From assembly GCA_964506215.1 (NCBI GenBank), contig CAZDKZ010000003.1:45973-69972 (forward strand): DNA of 24,000 bases. Direction: 5' to 3'. A model generated the notes under the pieces. That model had not been told where the DNA came from. It searched no databases and worked only from the letters and a program-made list of their open reading frames with translations. The position numbers were made by a program, and so were the translations under genes. Positions 1 through 7,939 of this stretch are shown one piece after another (position 1 is the first letter of the stretch; every line of letters starts with the position of its first letter). This DNA is from an uncultured Holophagae bacterium. GTDB taxonomy: Bacteria; Acidobacteriota; Holophagae; Thermotomaculales; Thermotomaculaceae.

Positions 1-1989
1 GCTTTGCTTGAATTTCATGTGGTGCCGTTCTCCAAACGTATGCGCGATGATATTTATGGCAAAATTGTGCGGGACGCTGCGATTTTTGCTCAGCAACCCG
101 GCGCCTTTGCTGAAGTGGGACCGGGCTATTTTATGCGGTTTGAGGCCGACCGGGAAATTGACGGAGGGCGTAAGCTGGAGCGAATTTCACTCTATTCTCG
201 TGTAAATGATCGTGTCAGCTGGACTACTGCAGAATCGGGTGTCATCCGAACAGAAACGCATCCCACGAAGTCGCAAAATGCTGATCAGAAAGAAGATCTA
301 CATTCCTCGCCAGGAACTGAGCGGGTGTTGCTGGAGTTGATGAACGGACTGGAATACCATGTTTCCGGTCGGGCGGACCGGGTATCACGCCTGGCGTATC
401 AGAGAAAGACAATTTCAATTCCACTGGAGGAATTCGGTATTGATGAAGATGACATCTATACAGTGAAGTTCCATGAGATGATGCCCTTCCCTGCGTTGAT
501 GCGTACCATGTTTGACGGTGACCGAAGATCGCTGGTTCTGTTTCTGTCGCGGATGCTGCTGGTGCTTTTTGTGGGTTTGTCGCCATTGATTGCTTTCGTA
601 CTGGGCTTTAAGCTGCAGCGGGGATCCGGCTTCTCAGGTGCGTTTCTGATCAGCTTTTCACTGGGTCTGGGTGTGATTACCGTGGCAGAGCTCATGGAGG
701 GTGCATTTGTCAGAAATCAGAGCAACGCGATACTCTGGTACACATTTATCTATATTGTGTTGTTGTTGATAGTATTTTTACGTCTACGAAAACTTCAACG
801 ATGTGGCCGCGGATCGCAAACGGAGAAGCAAGCATCAACATCTGCTCCAGGTAAGTTTATTAATTATATGAAAAAAAGATATATTGAACGATTTCGAACG
901 GCTTCTTCTGCCCAGAACAAGGTTTTGATGCGGTACACGGTTACCGGGTTTCTGCGGATGTTCTTGATGGCTTTGCTTGCGCTTGAAGGTCTGTATATTT
1001 TGATAATGACTTTAAAATATCTTCCAAAAGCACTGGAAAATAAAGAGATTGCATCGCTTATACTGCCGTATGTCGGCTTTTCTGTGCCGGCTACACTGGT
1101 GTATGCAATCCCGTTGTCTTTTGTTATAGCGGCACTGTTCTATGTATCCATGCAGGCCCAGCGTCACGAGCTGACTGCGATGAAATCGGTAGGTTTGAGT
1201 ATTTACCAGGTGTTGACACCGATATTCTGGCTGAGTGTGTGTGCTTCGCTTGTGTTGATGTTCTGTACCACCTATTTAAGTCCGTACGCAGCGGCGAAAT
1301 CAAACGCACTCCGATATGAGATCAAAATGCTCCGGGGCAAAGTGCCGTCCAGGTCCGAGGCTGCAATGGCATCTCCCATGTCGGTAGAGAACGAACGGCT
1401 GGTGTTTGCACGATTATTGAACCGGGAGGGCGATGGTGAGGCCCCTGCCCCACTGGTTGCTTTCTACCTGGATGAGAACGGAAGCGGTGTTGAGTGGATT
1501 TATTTGCACCCCAATATGGCGGATGGTGGTGGTGGACGCTGGATGCAGATGTCGGATGTCAGCAATAGACCGGATCTTCCAGAAATTGAGACATTGGTTT
1601 CTTCCGCGCAGGTACTCGGGGCCGATGCACGACCTGTGGAGCAGGTGACGTCTTATCACCTGCTGAAGCGAATCCAGAAACGGAAAGCGGAGGGTATCAA
1701 GCCGTGGGGCGATATCACTGCATATTATCAACGGTTTGCCGCCGCTCTGTCACCGCTGATTGTACTGCTTATCGGGTTGCCGGCCATGTTCAGAAAAACG
1801 GGCCGACAGGTAAGACCGGGGTTGGGGATCATGGCAGGATTACTGCTTGTGGTCACGTATTATGCACTTTCCGCCCTGTTTCACTCTATGGGGGCTGTGC
1901 ATTTTCTCCCGCCATTTCTGGCAGCCTGGATGGTGAATCTGCTGTTCAGTACCATTGGATTGCTGTCATATACGGCCATCCGAACGTAA
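1..1989 (+). CDS. LptF/LptG-family (YjgP/YjgQ) LPS-export permease. The 5' end is cut by the window. The C-terminal part of an LptF-like module continues in frame into a complete LptG-like module, with a possible internal start at ATG 868.
   Basis: The frame is open from nt 1 to TAA at 1987-1989. The first ~260 aa are a soluble beta-rich segment followed by three hydrophobic helices (LVLFLSRMLLVLFVGLSPLIAFVLGF, FSGAFLISFSLGLGVITVA, ILWYTFIYIVLLLIVFL). After M289 a second full module begins: MRYTVTGFLRMFLMALLALEGLYILI, the family-typical ELTAMKSVGLSIYQVLTPIFWLSV, a long periplasmic insert, then three C-terminal helices. Confidence 0.75.
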   Translation, partial: ALLEFHVVPFSKRMRDDIYGKIVRDAAIFAQQPGAFAEVGPGYFMRFEADREIDGGRKLERISLYSRVNDRVSWTTAESGVIRTETHPTKSQNADQKEDLHSSPGTERVLLELMNGLEYHVSGRADRVSRLAYQRKTISIPLEEFGIDEDDIYTVKFHEMMPFPALMRTMFDGDRRSLVLFLSRMLLVLFVGLSPLIAFVLGFKLQRGSGFSGAFLISFSLGLGVITVAELMEGAFVRNQSNAILWYTFIYIVLLLIVFLRLRKLQRCGRGSQTEKQASTSAPGKFINYMKKRYIERFRTASSAQNKVLMRYTVTGFLRMFLMALLALEGLYILIMTLKYLPKALENKEIASLILPYVGFSVPATLVYAIPLSFVIAALFYVSMQAQRHELTAMKSVGLSIYQVLTPIFWLSVCASLVLMFCTTYLSPYAAAKSNALRYEIKMLRGKVPSRSEAAMASPMSVENERLVFARLLNREGDGEAPAPLVAFYLDENGSGVEWIYLHPNMADGGGGRWMQMSDVSNRPDLPEIETLVSSAQVLGADARPVEQVTSYHLLKRIQKRKAEGIKPWGDITAYYQRFAAALSPLIVLLIGLPAMFRKTGRQVRPGLGIMAGLLLVVTYYALSALFHSMGAVHFLPPFLAAWMVNLLFSTIGLLSYTAIRT

Positions 1990-2040
1990 TCTTCCAGAGA
2001 ACACGGACGACATTTCACGGTTACCACATACAAGATACAG

Positions 2041-2073
2041 GAATAGAAAAAGGCCGGGACTCCTGTCCCGGCC
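2041..2073 (-). terminator. Rho-independent terminator for the 730-aa minus-strand gene. The hairpin may also stop the convergent + strand gene.
   Basis: There is a perfect 9-bp GC-rich stem, GGCCGGGAC (2052-2060) / GTCCCGGCC (2065-2073), with loop TCCT. On the minus-strand RNA it is followed by UUUUUCUAUUC (2051-2041). It lies 36 nt after the stop at 2109. There is no U-tract on the + strand side. Confidence 0.75.
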
Positions 2074-2108
2074 GGTATCGAAATACGGAATGATCGTGGT
2101 GCATTACA

Positions 2109-4301
2109 TCAGAATCGTCTCAATAACCCTGAAGTCCGTGCAACAAAAGGCGCATTATCCTCAAAGAAGACTTCGGGCAGGTTTGCCATGCCATTGCGGG
2201 CGTCCTCTTCGGTGCTGTAGAGTCCAGAACAGACAATATAGCAGGTTCGTCCGGAAATCATGAACGGAACAAAAAATGCCTGTCCGTGCGGTTGCAACAG
2301 ACGCAATGCCAGATCCAGGTTTTCTTCTTCACAGGCAATTTCCAATTGAATGGTGTAACCGCCCGGGAGTGTTTCAAATGCCGCGCGAGAGGTCTCAACA
2401 ATCTGCGCATAGCGAGGTGAAACCTGAATCGGCTGGGAAACAGCCGGAGTTGCGGTTGGCTCATCAACAGGTGTTGGGGCTTCTTTCGTCTTCGCGGCGT
2501 TTGCCTGTGTCCGTGTGGTTGTCTCCTGTGCAGGTTCATCTCTGGTTTCCGGAGGGGTTGCCGTCTTGGATGCGGGCTGGTCCTCCTGCGGGTCCGCAAC
2601 GGTCTCAGGGACTGTTTCAGCGGGGGGTTGGTCGGCAGCCTGTTCGGATGGTTGTGTGTTTTCAGTCTGCTGGACTGTTTCTGGGTCAGGGGTCCCCTGC
2701 TCTGTTCTCAAAGTACCGTCTTCACCGGGCTTAACCATCTGGTCGGTAATGTCCGGCTGATTCTGCAGTGCACCGCCAGTTGTTTCGCCCTCGGCAGCAG
2801 CAGGTCCGTGTATCGCCGCCTGCTGCTGTTGCGGCAACCAGAACATGTAGTAATAGAGCGTGCCGGCCATCAGGAGAATGGCAAGGATCGCCAGGATGAC
2901 AACCAGCGTTTTGTTCCCGGAAGAACTGGAAGGCATCAGCATACTGTCTTCATCCTCGCTGAGGGAGAAGCTTTCGCTCAGTGTACCGGTACCGGTGCCA
3001 ATGTCCGGGCGGTCGATCCGATGGGTTTCCTGTTCGGACTCATCAGAATCTTCAGCATTGAGGTCATCTTCCGTAAATTTTAATTCGGCAGGTCCGGCAG
3101 CGTTAATGGGAACGGTGTCATCCGGACGTTCTTCGGAGAACGACGGTTTTTCGATAACGGTATCAAAGGGCGACGATGCAGATGAGCGGGAGTCTTCCGC
3201 ATAGGAAAGCTCATCCTCTTCCAGTTGAAATTCCACGACCACGTCTTCACCGGATGCCGGTTCCGGCGCGTCAAGTTCCGCACCCGCAGACTGGTCCAGA
3301 CCGTGGGCGGTATCCGGATCCGGTTCGGGTTCAACGTTTTCTTCTTCGGAATCCAATTGCAGGCTGCCCAGCTCGATTTTCTCGGTGGGTTCATCCAGTT
3401 TCAGTTCCCCTTCCGGCTGGATGTCATCGTCTTCATCCGAGGCGAAAACGAAACCGGCAGGTTCCGGTTCCGGAGCCGGTTGTTCCCCGGCAGCCCCAAG
3501 CTGGGCAAAAGATTCTTCCGCAAGGACAAGGTCTTCGTCCGGTTCATCTTCAATTTCAAAGACACTGGCGGGGCTGGGCATCTGGTCATCGGTGATGCGT
3601 TCCTCAATCAGGTTCAGGAAACGTAAGGCATAGAGCAACTTGAAGACCTTGAAATCTTCCATGGTTGTGATGTCTGCCAACTGGGACGCGGTCTTTTCAC
3701 CGTCGATGGATTCAGCTAGCTGCAGGAGTTCATCACTGGTAATCAGCCGGCTCTTCCCTTCTTCAAACAGCACGGTCTTTTTGAAGATTGAATCCGGTTG
3801 ATGAACCTGGTCGGCAATCCAGGTGCGATCCTGGAACATGAGCAATGAGTCAAACAGCACCTTCATGGTGTTGAGCGGCAGATTGATAACGCCGTCCGGC
3901 AGCGGACCTTCCGTAAACTGTGATTCTCCTTCATTCAGGGTAATGATGGAGTGCATGATGCCGATCACCTGGACTTTCACTGCCCAGATCAGTTCTTTGT
4001 GCGTGATGAAACCCATGTTTACCAGGTTTCTGCCAAGCGAAATGGATTTGTTCATCTGTCTGAGAGCGGTTTCCAGTTGTTCCTTGGACAGCTTCTTGTA
4101 TTTGATCAGAATGTTGACCAGCTTGTCTTTTTCGCCATTGGAAGAAGCATAAATGGTATTGCCTTCAGAGAAATAGACGGTTTTGACAACTTCATCCGGA
4201 AAATATACCTTGAGAACGCCGGTTCTGGCGTTGGAATATATGTCATAAAACAGGTGATGCATATGGTAATTATCAAAATAACTGCGTTTGCCATCCGTCA
4301 T
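2109..4301 (-). CDS. Bitopic membrane protein: N-terminal DUF4388/PATAN-type cytoplasmic domain, very acidic low-complexity region, one TM helix, P/T/Q/E-rich linker, C-terminal SPOR-like peptidoglycan-binding domain.
   Basis: ATG at 4301 is preceded by GGGAG (gggagtaagcaATG). The N-terminus TGVLKVYFPDEVVKTVYFSEGNTIYASS...LSKEQLETALRQ...SLGRNLVNMGFITHKEL matches the DUF4388 pattern. The TM helix is LVVILAILAILLMAGTLYYYMFWL (aa 466-489, nt 2835-2906). The C-terminus GYTIQLEIACEEENLDLALRLL...CYIVCSGLYSTEEDARNGMANLP looks like SPOR (nt ~2127-2369). Confidence 0.8.
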   Translation of the reverse strand: MTDGKRSYFDNYHMHHLFYDIYSNARTGVLKVYFPDEVVKTVYFSEGNTIYASSNGEKDKLVNILIKYKKLSKEQLETALRQMNKSISLGRNLVNMGFITHKELIWAVKVQVIGIMHSIITLNEGESQFTEGPLPDGVINLPLNTMKVLFDSLLMFQDRTWIADQVHQPDSIFKKTVLFEEGKSRLITSDELLQLAESIDGEKTASQLADITTMEDFKVFKLLYALRFLNLIEERITDDQMPSPASVFEIEDEPDEDLVLAEESFAQLGAAGEQPAPEPEPAGFVFASDEDDDIQPEGELKLDEPTEKIELGSLQLDSEEENVEPEPDPDTAHGLDQSAGAELDAPEPASGEDVVVEFQLEEDELSYAEDSRSSASSPFDTVIEKPSFSEERPDDTVPINAAGPAELKFTEDDLNAEDSDESEQETHRIDRPDIGTGTGTLSESFSLSEDEDSMLMPSSSSGNKTLVVILAILAILLMAGTLYYYMFWLPQQQQAAIHGPAAAEGETTGGALQNQPDITDQMVKPGEDGTLRTEQGTPDPETVQQTENTQPSEQAADQPPAETVPETVADPQEDQPASKTATPPETRDEPAQETTTRTQANAAKTKEAPTPVDEPTATPAVSQPIQVSPRYAQIVETSRAAFETLPGGYTIQLEIACEEENLDLALRLLQPHGQAFFVPFMISGRTCYIVCSGLYSTEEDARNGMANLPEVFFEDNAPFVARTSGLLRRF

Positions 4302-4426
4302 TGCTTACTCCCTGATATTGTTTGCTGCGTTAATCATACACCATCAAGCCGGAAACACTAAAAAAACCGAATGTTCCATGTTGCCGGGGACAGAACTGCC
4401 TGTTTCCATCCCGTTTCAAAAACTGT

Positions 4427-4822
4427 TTAACTCTTTTCCAAAATGGAAAGCGAGCTTCCGGTCAATTTCTCCAGGAGTTGAATAACCAGTTCAATATCGT
4501 CAACTCCTGCAACATCCAGTTTTTCAACAACTTCTTTGATTTTCAGTTTCTTCGGTGTTTCAATCCGATCCAGGATCTTGTAAATTCCTGTGTCATCAAG
4601 GTCGCCGGGTTCATCAAAAAACCAACGCATGGGGATCTGAAAGGTTTGACTTATTTTTCGTAATAGGCGCAGCGTATAGTTCTGCCTGTAGCTTTCAGCC
4701 TGTGCAATGGTGTTGATGTTGATATCCAGCATCTCGGCGAACTCTCGTTGAGTTAGACCCTTAGACTTTCGCAACTCTTTGATTTTGTCTGTCAGTGCAC
4801 GATCACAGTATCCTTTACTCAT
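4427..4822 (-). CDS. XRE-family helix-turn-helix transcriptional regulator (131 aa)
   Basis: LTDKIKELRKSKGLTQREFAEMLDININTIAQAESYRQNYTLRLLRKISQTFQIPMRWFF is a classic HTH_3/XRE domain. I place the start at ATG 4822 (MSKGYC...). The tracked 197-aa ORF extends over the aroE/K 3' end and an AT-rich spacer, and that extension has no protein-like sequence. Confidence 0.8.
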   Translation of the reverse strand: MSKGYCDRALTDKIKELRKSKGLTQREFAEMLDININTIAQAESYRQNYTLRLLRKISQTFQIPMRWFFDEPGDLDDTGIYKILDRIETPKKLKIKEVVEKLDVAGVDDIELVIQLLEKLTGSSLSILEKS

Positions 4823-4937
4823 GAAAAATATTAAGCCACAATTCATTATAGATTGCAAGTAAAAGGTTGGGATTTCTAATAAACGTCGATTTGGTGACAG
4901 TGTGGCGTGTGATGATTGCTCAGCTGAGCGGCGGGTG

Positions 4938-6272
4938 TCAGGCCTGCAGCATGCCGGCAATTTCCCGTGCGATCTCTTCCGGCGGCGTTTCCCCGACAGG
5001 AAGAACCACGTGTGCAACACGGCTGTAATCTGGAATACGGGATTTGAAGAGCGTTGTTGGTTCCGTTCGGTTCATCAGCGGCCGGTTTGATGGGTCAACC
5101 TGTTGGAGTGAATCGAGATCGCGCAGGAGCCAAATGGTCAGGCAGTTCTGCAGGATATGTTGTATTTCCGGTTGGCCGGTTGCGCCCCCGCCCAGTGCAA
5201 GGACGGAGGGATGGGGAGATGCATGCAATTCAGCCAGGACTGCTCTTTCAAGGTTGCGAAATCCGGCTTCTCCCCTGGTGGAGAAGATGCGGGAGATCTG
5301 CATGCCGGTTCGCCTTTCGATAATGGCATCGGTATCTGCAAAGCTCAGGCCGGTTTTCTCCGCAACGATTTTGCCAACTGTAGATTTGCCGGCACCCATA
5401 AAACCGATCAGTGCAATGTGACGCGGGGCAGCAGCAGGGGTGCTGCTACGGCACTCCCTCAAGCGGTCTTGAACCCGGTCAAGCTGGTCTTCATCCAATC
5501 CGCCCGGTTCCGGATACAGCTGTCGGAAGAAGGCCGCCCCCTGCCCCACCAGCCAGGACAGTCCATCCAGAACGGTTGCCCGTCCGAAGAAACCACTCGG
5601 CCGCTGAAACCCATAACGGGCATCCAGTACATGTTGACAGTCCTGAAGACCGGTTAACGCCAGTTGCGCGGGATAATCCGGTATGGTCCAGATGATCACA
5701 TCAAAATCGGAAGCATGATCCTGCGCATCTTTCATGTCCATAATGGTCAAACGGTCATCCCCTGCCAGTTCATGGCTGAGCTTTCCCGTAGACCGGCAGG
5801 CTATGGAAACAGGGATATGTCGCTCCAGGCAGGCATATGCGGCTGCGTTGGCCGCTCCCCCGGCGCCGAAAATCAGTACGGTGCGGTCGCTCATGGGTTG
5901 TGAGCGATTTATCTGCTCCAGGGCGAAGTGGACACCATCGGGATCCGTATTGTCCCCGTGCCAGTGCCCATCCTCCTGGAGACGAAGAGAGTTTGCAGCA
6001 CCCAGTTTCCGGGCGGTGGGAGAAACAGATCCAGATGCTTCCAGAGCAGCCTGCTTCAAGGGATGGGTCACGCTGGCGAATTGAATATCCAGGATCCGGC
6101 AACTTTCCAGGGCCAGTTTTATGTTGTCGGTATGCATGCGCAGATATTGCCCGTTGGGTTGATTTGATGTCTGCCAGAACAGGTTGAAGAGGTTCGGACT
6201 GAGAGAATGCCGTATGGGTTTGCCCAGCACCGCCCCCCGACGGACAGTGCCCCTTTCGATCCGCTCAGTCAA
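4938..6272 (-). CDS. aroE: Bifunctional shikimate 5-dehydrogenase (AroE, aa ~10-270) / shikimate kinase (AroK, aa ~284-444) fusion
   Basis: AroE motifs present: HSLSPNLFN, SVTHPLK, GDNTDPDG, IFGAGGAANAAAYA. AroK motifs present: Walker A in IALIGFMGAGKSTVG, FADTDAIIE, LALGGGA. It is one uninterrupted frame of 444 aa. Confidence 0.9.
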   Translation of the reverse strand: MTERIERGTVRRGAVLGKPIRHSLSPNLFNLFWQTSNQPNGQYLRMHTDNIKLALESCRILDIQFASVTHPLKQAALEASGSVSPTARKLGAANSLRLQEDGHWHGDNTDPDGVHFALEQINRSQPMSDRTVLIFGAGGAANAAAYACLERHIPVSIACRSTGKLSHELAGDDRLTIMDMKDAQDHASDFDVIIWTIPDYPAQLALTGLQDCQHVLDARYGFQRPSGFFGRATVLDGLSWLVGQGAAFFRQLYPEPGGLDEDQLDRVQDRLRECRSSTPAAAPRHIALIGFMGAGKSTVGKIVAEKTGLSFADTDAIIERRTGMQISRIFSTRGEAGFRNLERAVLAELHASPHPSVLALGGGATGQPEIQHILQNCLTIWLLRDLDSLQQVDPSNRPLMNRTEPTTLFKSRIPDYSRVAHVVLPVGETPPEEIAREIAGMLQA

Positions 6273-6909
6273 CTGGATTCTCCAGGTGTTGAAAAATATG
6301 TTTCATGGTCGATACCGACAGCTGTCCGGGAGCCGTTGCTTTTTCCCCGTCCGGAAACGCAAACGTGAAGGGAGCTCCCAGCTTTGGACCGGCAATCCGC
6401 GTTATGGTGCCGGCAGGACCCATCCCCAGCACCACGAGGGTTTCCGGTTCCCGGTTCAACAGACCGATGAGCCTCGCCGCATCACGGGTGTCTCTGCAGT
6501 GGGTGGCGATTTTGCAGATGGATGCACCCAGGTCGAAAGCCGTTTCGCGGATTTCATCCAGTTGAATCGTTTCGGGTGTGCACCGGTAGTTGTGGTGGGA
6601 AAGAATCACAGCGGTGCTGTTGTCGGTGGCAGCTGAAATCAGGTCTTTCAACCAATGGTTGTCCCCTTCGATTTCCAGGTCGATGTAGGCCACCCCGGCT
6701 TCCAGGGCGTGGCTGAAGAACGGATCACGGTTCATGCCGGAAACCGGACGGTAAGTGACAATGGCGTTCCGGTTGGCCTGCAGGAGCCGGTCCAGGTCTT
6801 CAATTGTATTGACAGGTAAGAGATCCAGCCGATATTCCACCAGCTCATGGGTATGTCCCAGCTGTTCGGCCCGGTCCAACGGGACATTACCAATGCTGAC
6901 ACAAATCAT
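6265..6909 (-). CDS. aroD: 3-dehydroquinate dehydratase, type I (AroD)
   Basis: MICVSIGN..., ELVEYRLDLL, AYIDLEIEG, ILSHHNY (catalytic His region), ICKIATHC (Schiff-base Lys region) and LGMGPAGTITRI are all present. The start is chosen at ATG 6909, preceded by GAGGAAG. The tracked ORF start at 6963 would overlap aroB by 77 nt. Confidence 0.88.
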   Translation of the reverse strand: MICVSIGNVPLDRAEQLGHTHELVEYRLDLLPVNTIEDLDRLLQANRNAIVTYRPVSGMNRDPFFSHALEAGVAYIDLEIEGDNHWLKDLISAATDNSTAVILSHHNYRCTPETIQLDEIRETAFDLGASICKIATHCRDTRDAARLIGLLNREPETLVVLGMGPAGTITRIAGPKLGAPFTFAFPDGEKATAPGQLSVSTMKHIFQHLENPVD

Positions 6910-7939
6910 GGAGTTCTTCCTCAAGCGATGAAATCGATACGTCGTGAATGACAGGATGTCCAATTTGCTTCAACAGGACAAGGGATACCACATCATCCCG
7001 CTTCTTCTTGTCAAGATGAATGGCTTTCAGCATCTCTGCCGCATCCAGCTTCGTCTGCACGGGCAACTGCCATCTGGTGAGTATGCGGGTGAGCCGGTGG
7101 ACGATGTCCTGGTCTGCGATGCCGAGCTTCTCCGAAAGTGCGCCGGCTATGACCATGCCAACCGCCACCCCTTCCCCGTGGAGCAGTCCTTCTCCGAGCT
7201 CAATCGCATGGCCGAAGGTGTGGCCGAAGTTCAGGATTCTGCGAATCCCGCTTTCCCGTTCATCCCGGCGCACAATGTCCAGTTTCACGGTTACTGAACG
7301 GGATATGAGTGCGACCGGATCCTGCAGGAGGGAATCAAGCGACATCTCCTCCGATTCCAGTTGGCTGAACAGCACCGGATCCGCGATGGTGGCATGCTTG
7401 ATACATTCGGCAAGCCCGTTACGCAGTTGCGCTTCCGGCAAGGTATCCAGTACACCGGGATCGATCACAACGTGGTCCGGTTGGTAGAATGACCCCACCG
7501 CATTCTTGATGCTGTTGAAGTTAAAGCCGGTCTTGCCGCCGATCGCCGCGTCTACCTGTGCCAGCAGGGTTGTGGGACACAGAATCAGGGGCATGCCGCG
7601 CATGTAGGTGGACGCCACGAAAGCGCCCATGTCGGTGGTAATCCCCCCACCCAGCGCCACCAGACAGGTGTGACGGTCGGCCTGAACGGACTGCAGCTGA
7701 TGGAACATTGGGGTTACCTGGGCGAGGGACTTGTTGGTTTCCGATGACTGGAACAGATAATCGGCCGAAAATGGCAGGCTGTTACCATGATGGTCCCAGA
7801 AAACACGGTCTGCGACAACAAAGGACCGTCGATTCCCGATCAGGTCCGGTAACCGGGAAAGAGAACAGTTGAGATGAAAGTCGGTTGTTCGTTCGGATGA
7901 CCAGTTCATCCGGCGGGTTTCTGTCTGCAGCAACGGCAA
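6887..7939 (-). CDS. aroB: 3-dehydroquinate synthase (AroB)
   Basis: LVALGGGITTDMGAFVASTYMRGMPLILCPTTLLAQVDAAIGGKTGFNF, NGLAECIKHA, LNFGHTFGHAIE and HGEGVAVGM are present. The start is either TTG 7939 (AAGGAG only 2-3 nt upstream) or ATG 7909. The start position is uncertain by 30 nt. Confidence 0.9.
   Translation of the reverse strand: MPLLQTETRRMNWSSERTTDFHLNCSLSRLPDLIGNRRSFVVADRVFWDHHGNSLPFSADYLFQSSETNKSLAQVTPMFHQLQSVQADRHTCLVALGGGITTDMGAFVASTYMRGMPLILCPTTLLAQVDAAIGGKTGFNFNSIKNAVGSFYQPDHVVIDPGVLDTLPEAQLRNGLAECIKHATIADPVLFSQLESEEMSLDSLLQDPVALISRSVTVKLDIVRRDERESGIRRILNFGHTFGHAIELGEGLLHGEGVAVGMVIAGALSEKLGIADQDIVHRLTRILTRWQLPVQTKLDAAEMLKAIHLDKKKRDDVVSLVLLKQIGHPVIHDVSISSLEEELHDLCQHW

Noticed and set aside
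2276-3633. A stack of + strand ORFs (81-152 aa) and alternative-frame minus-strand ORFs inside the acidic/P-rich part of the 730-aa gene. Short nucleotide repeats (ccggttccggttccgg, ggtaccggtaccggtgcc) could suggest a tandem-repeat or CRISPR-like array.
   Set aside because: The repeats are short, irregular and in frame (PEPEP, GTGTGT). They reflect low-complexity coding sequence, and there is no repeat-spacer periodicity. The alternative ORFs are R/P/G-rich shadows with no starts or RBS.
4427-4937. The XRE gene as the antitoxin half of a toxin-antitoxin or defence module.
   Set aside because: There is no adjacent small partner ORF on either side (the spacers are 125 and 115 nt with no plausible coding frame), and there are no flanking mobile-element genes or repeats.
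4823-5020. An N-terminal extension of the XRE ORF to 197 aa.
   Set aside because: The extension overlaps the aroE/K 3' end and the AT-rich spacer and reads as non-protein-like sequence (KRRRKRSHGKLPACCRPDTRR...). The HTH domain begins right after ATG 4822.
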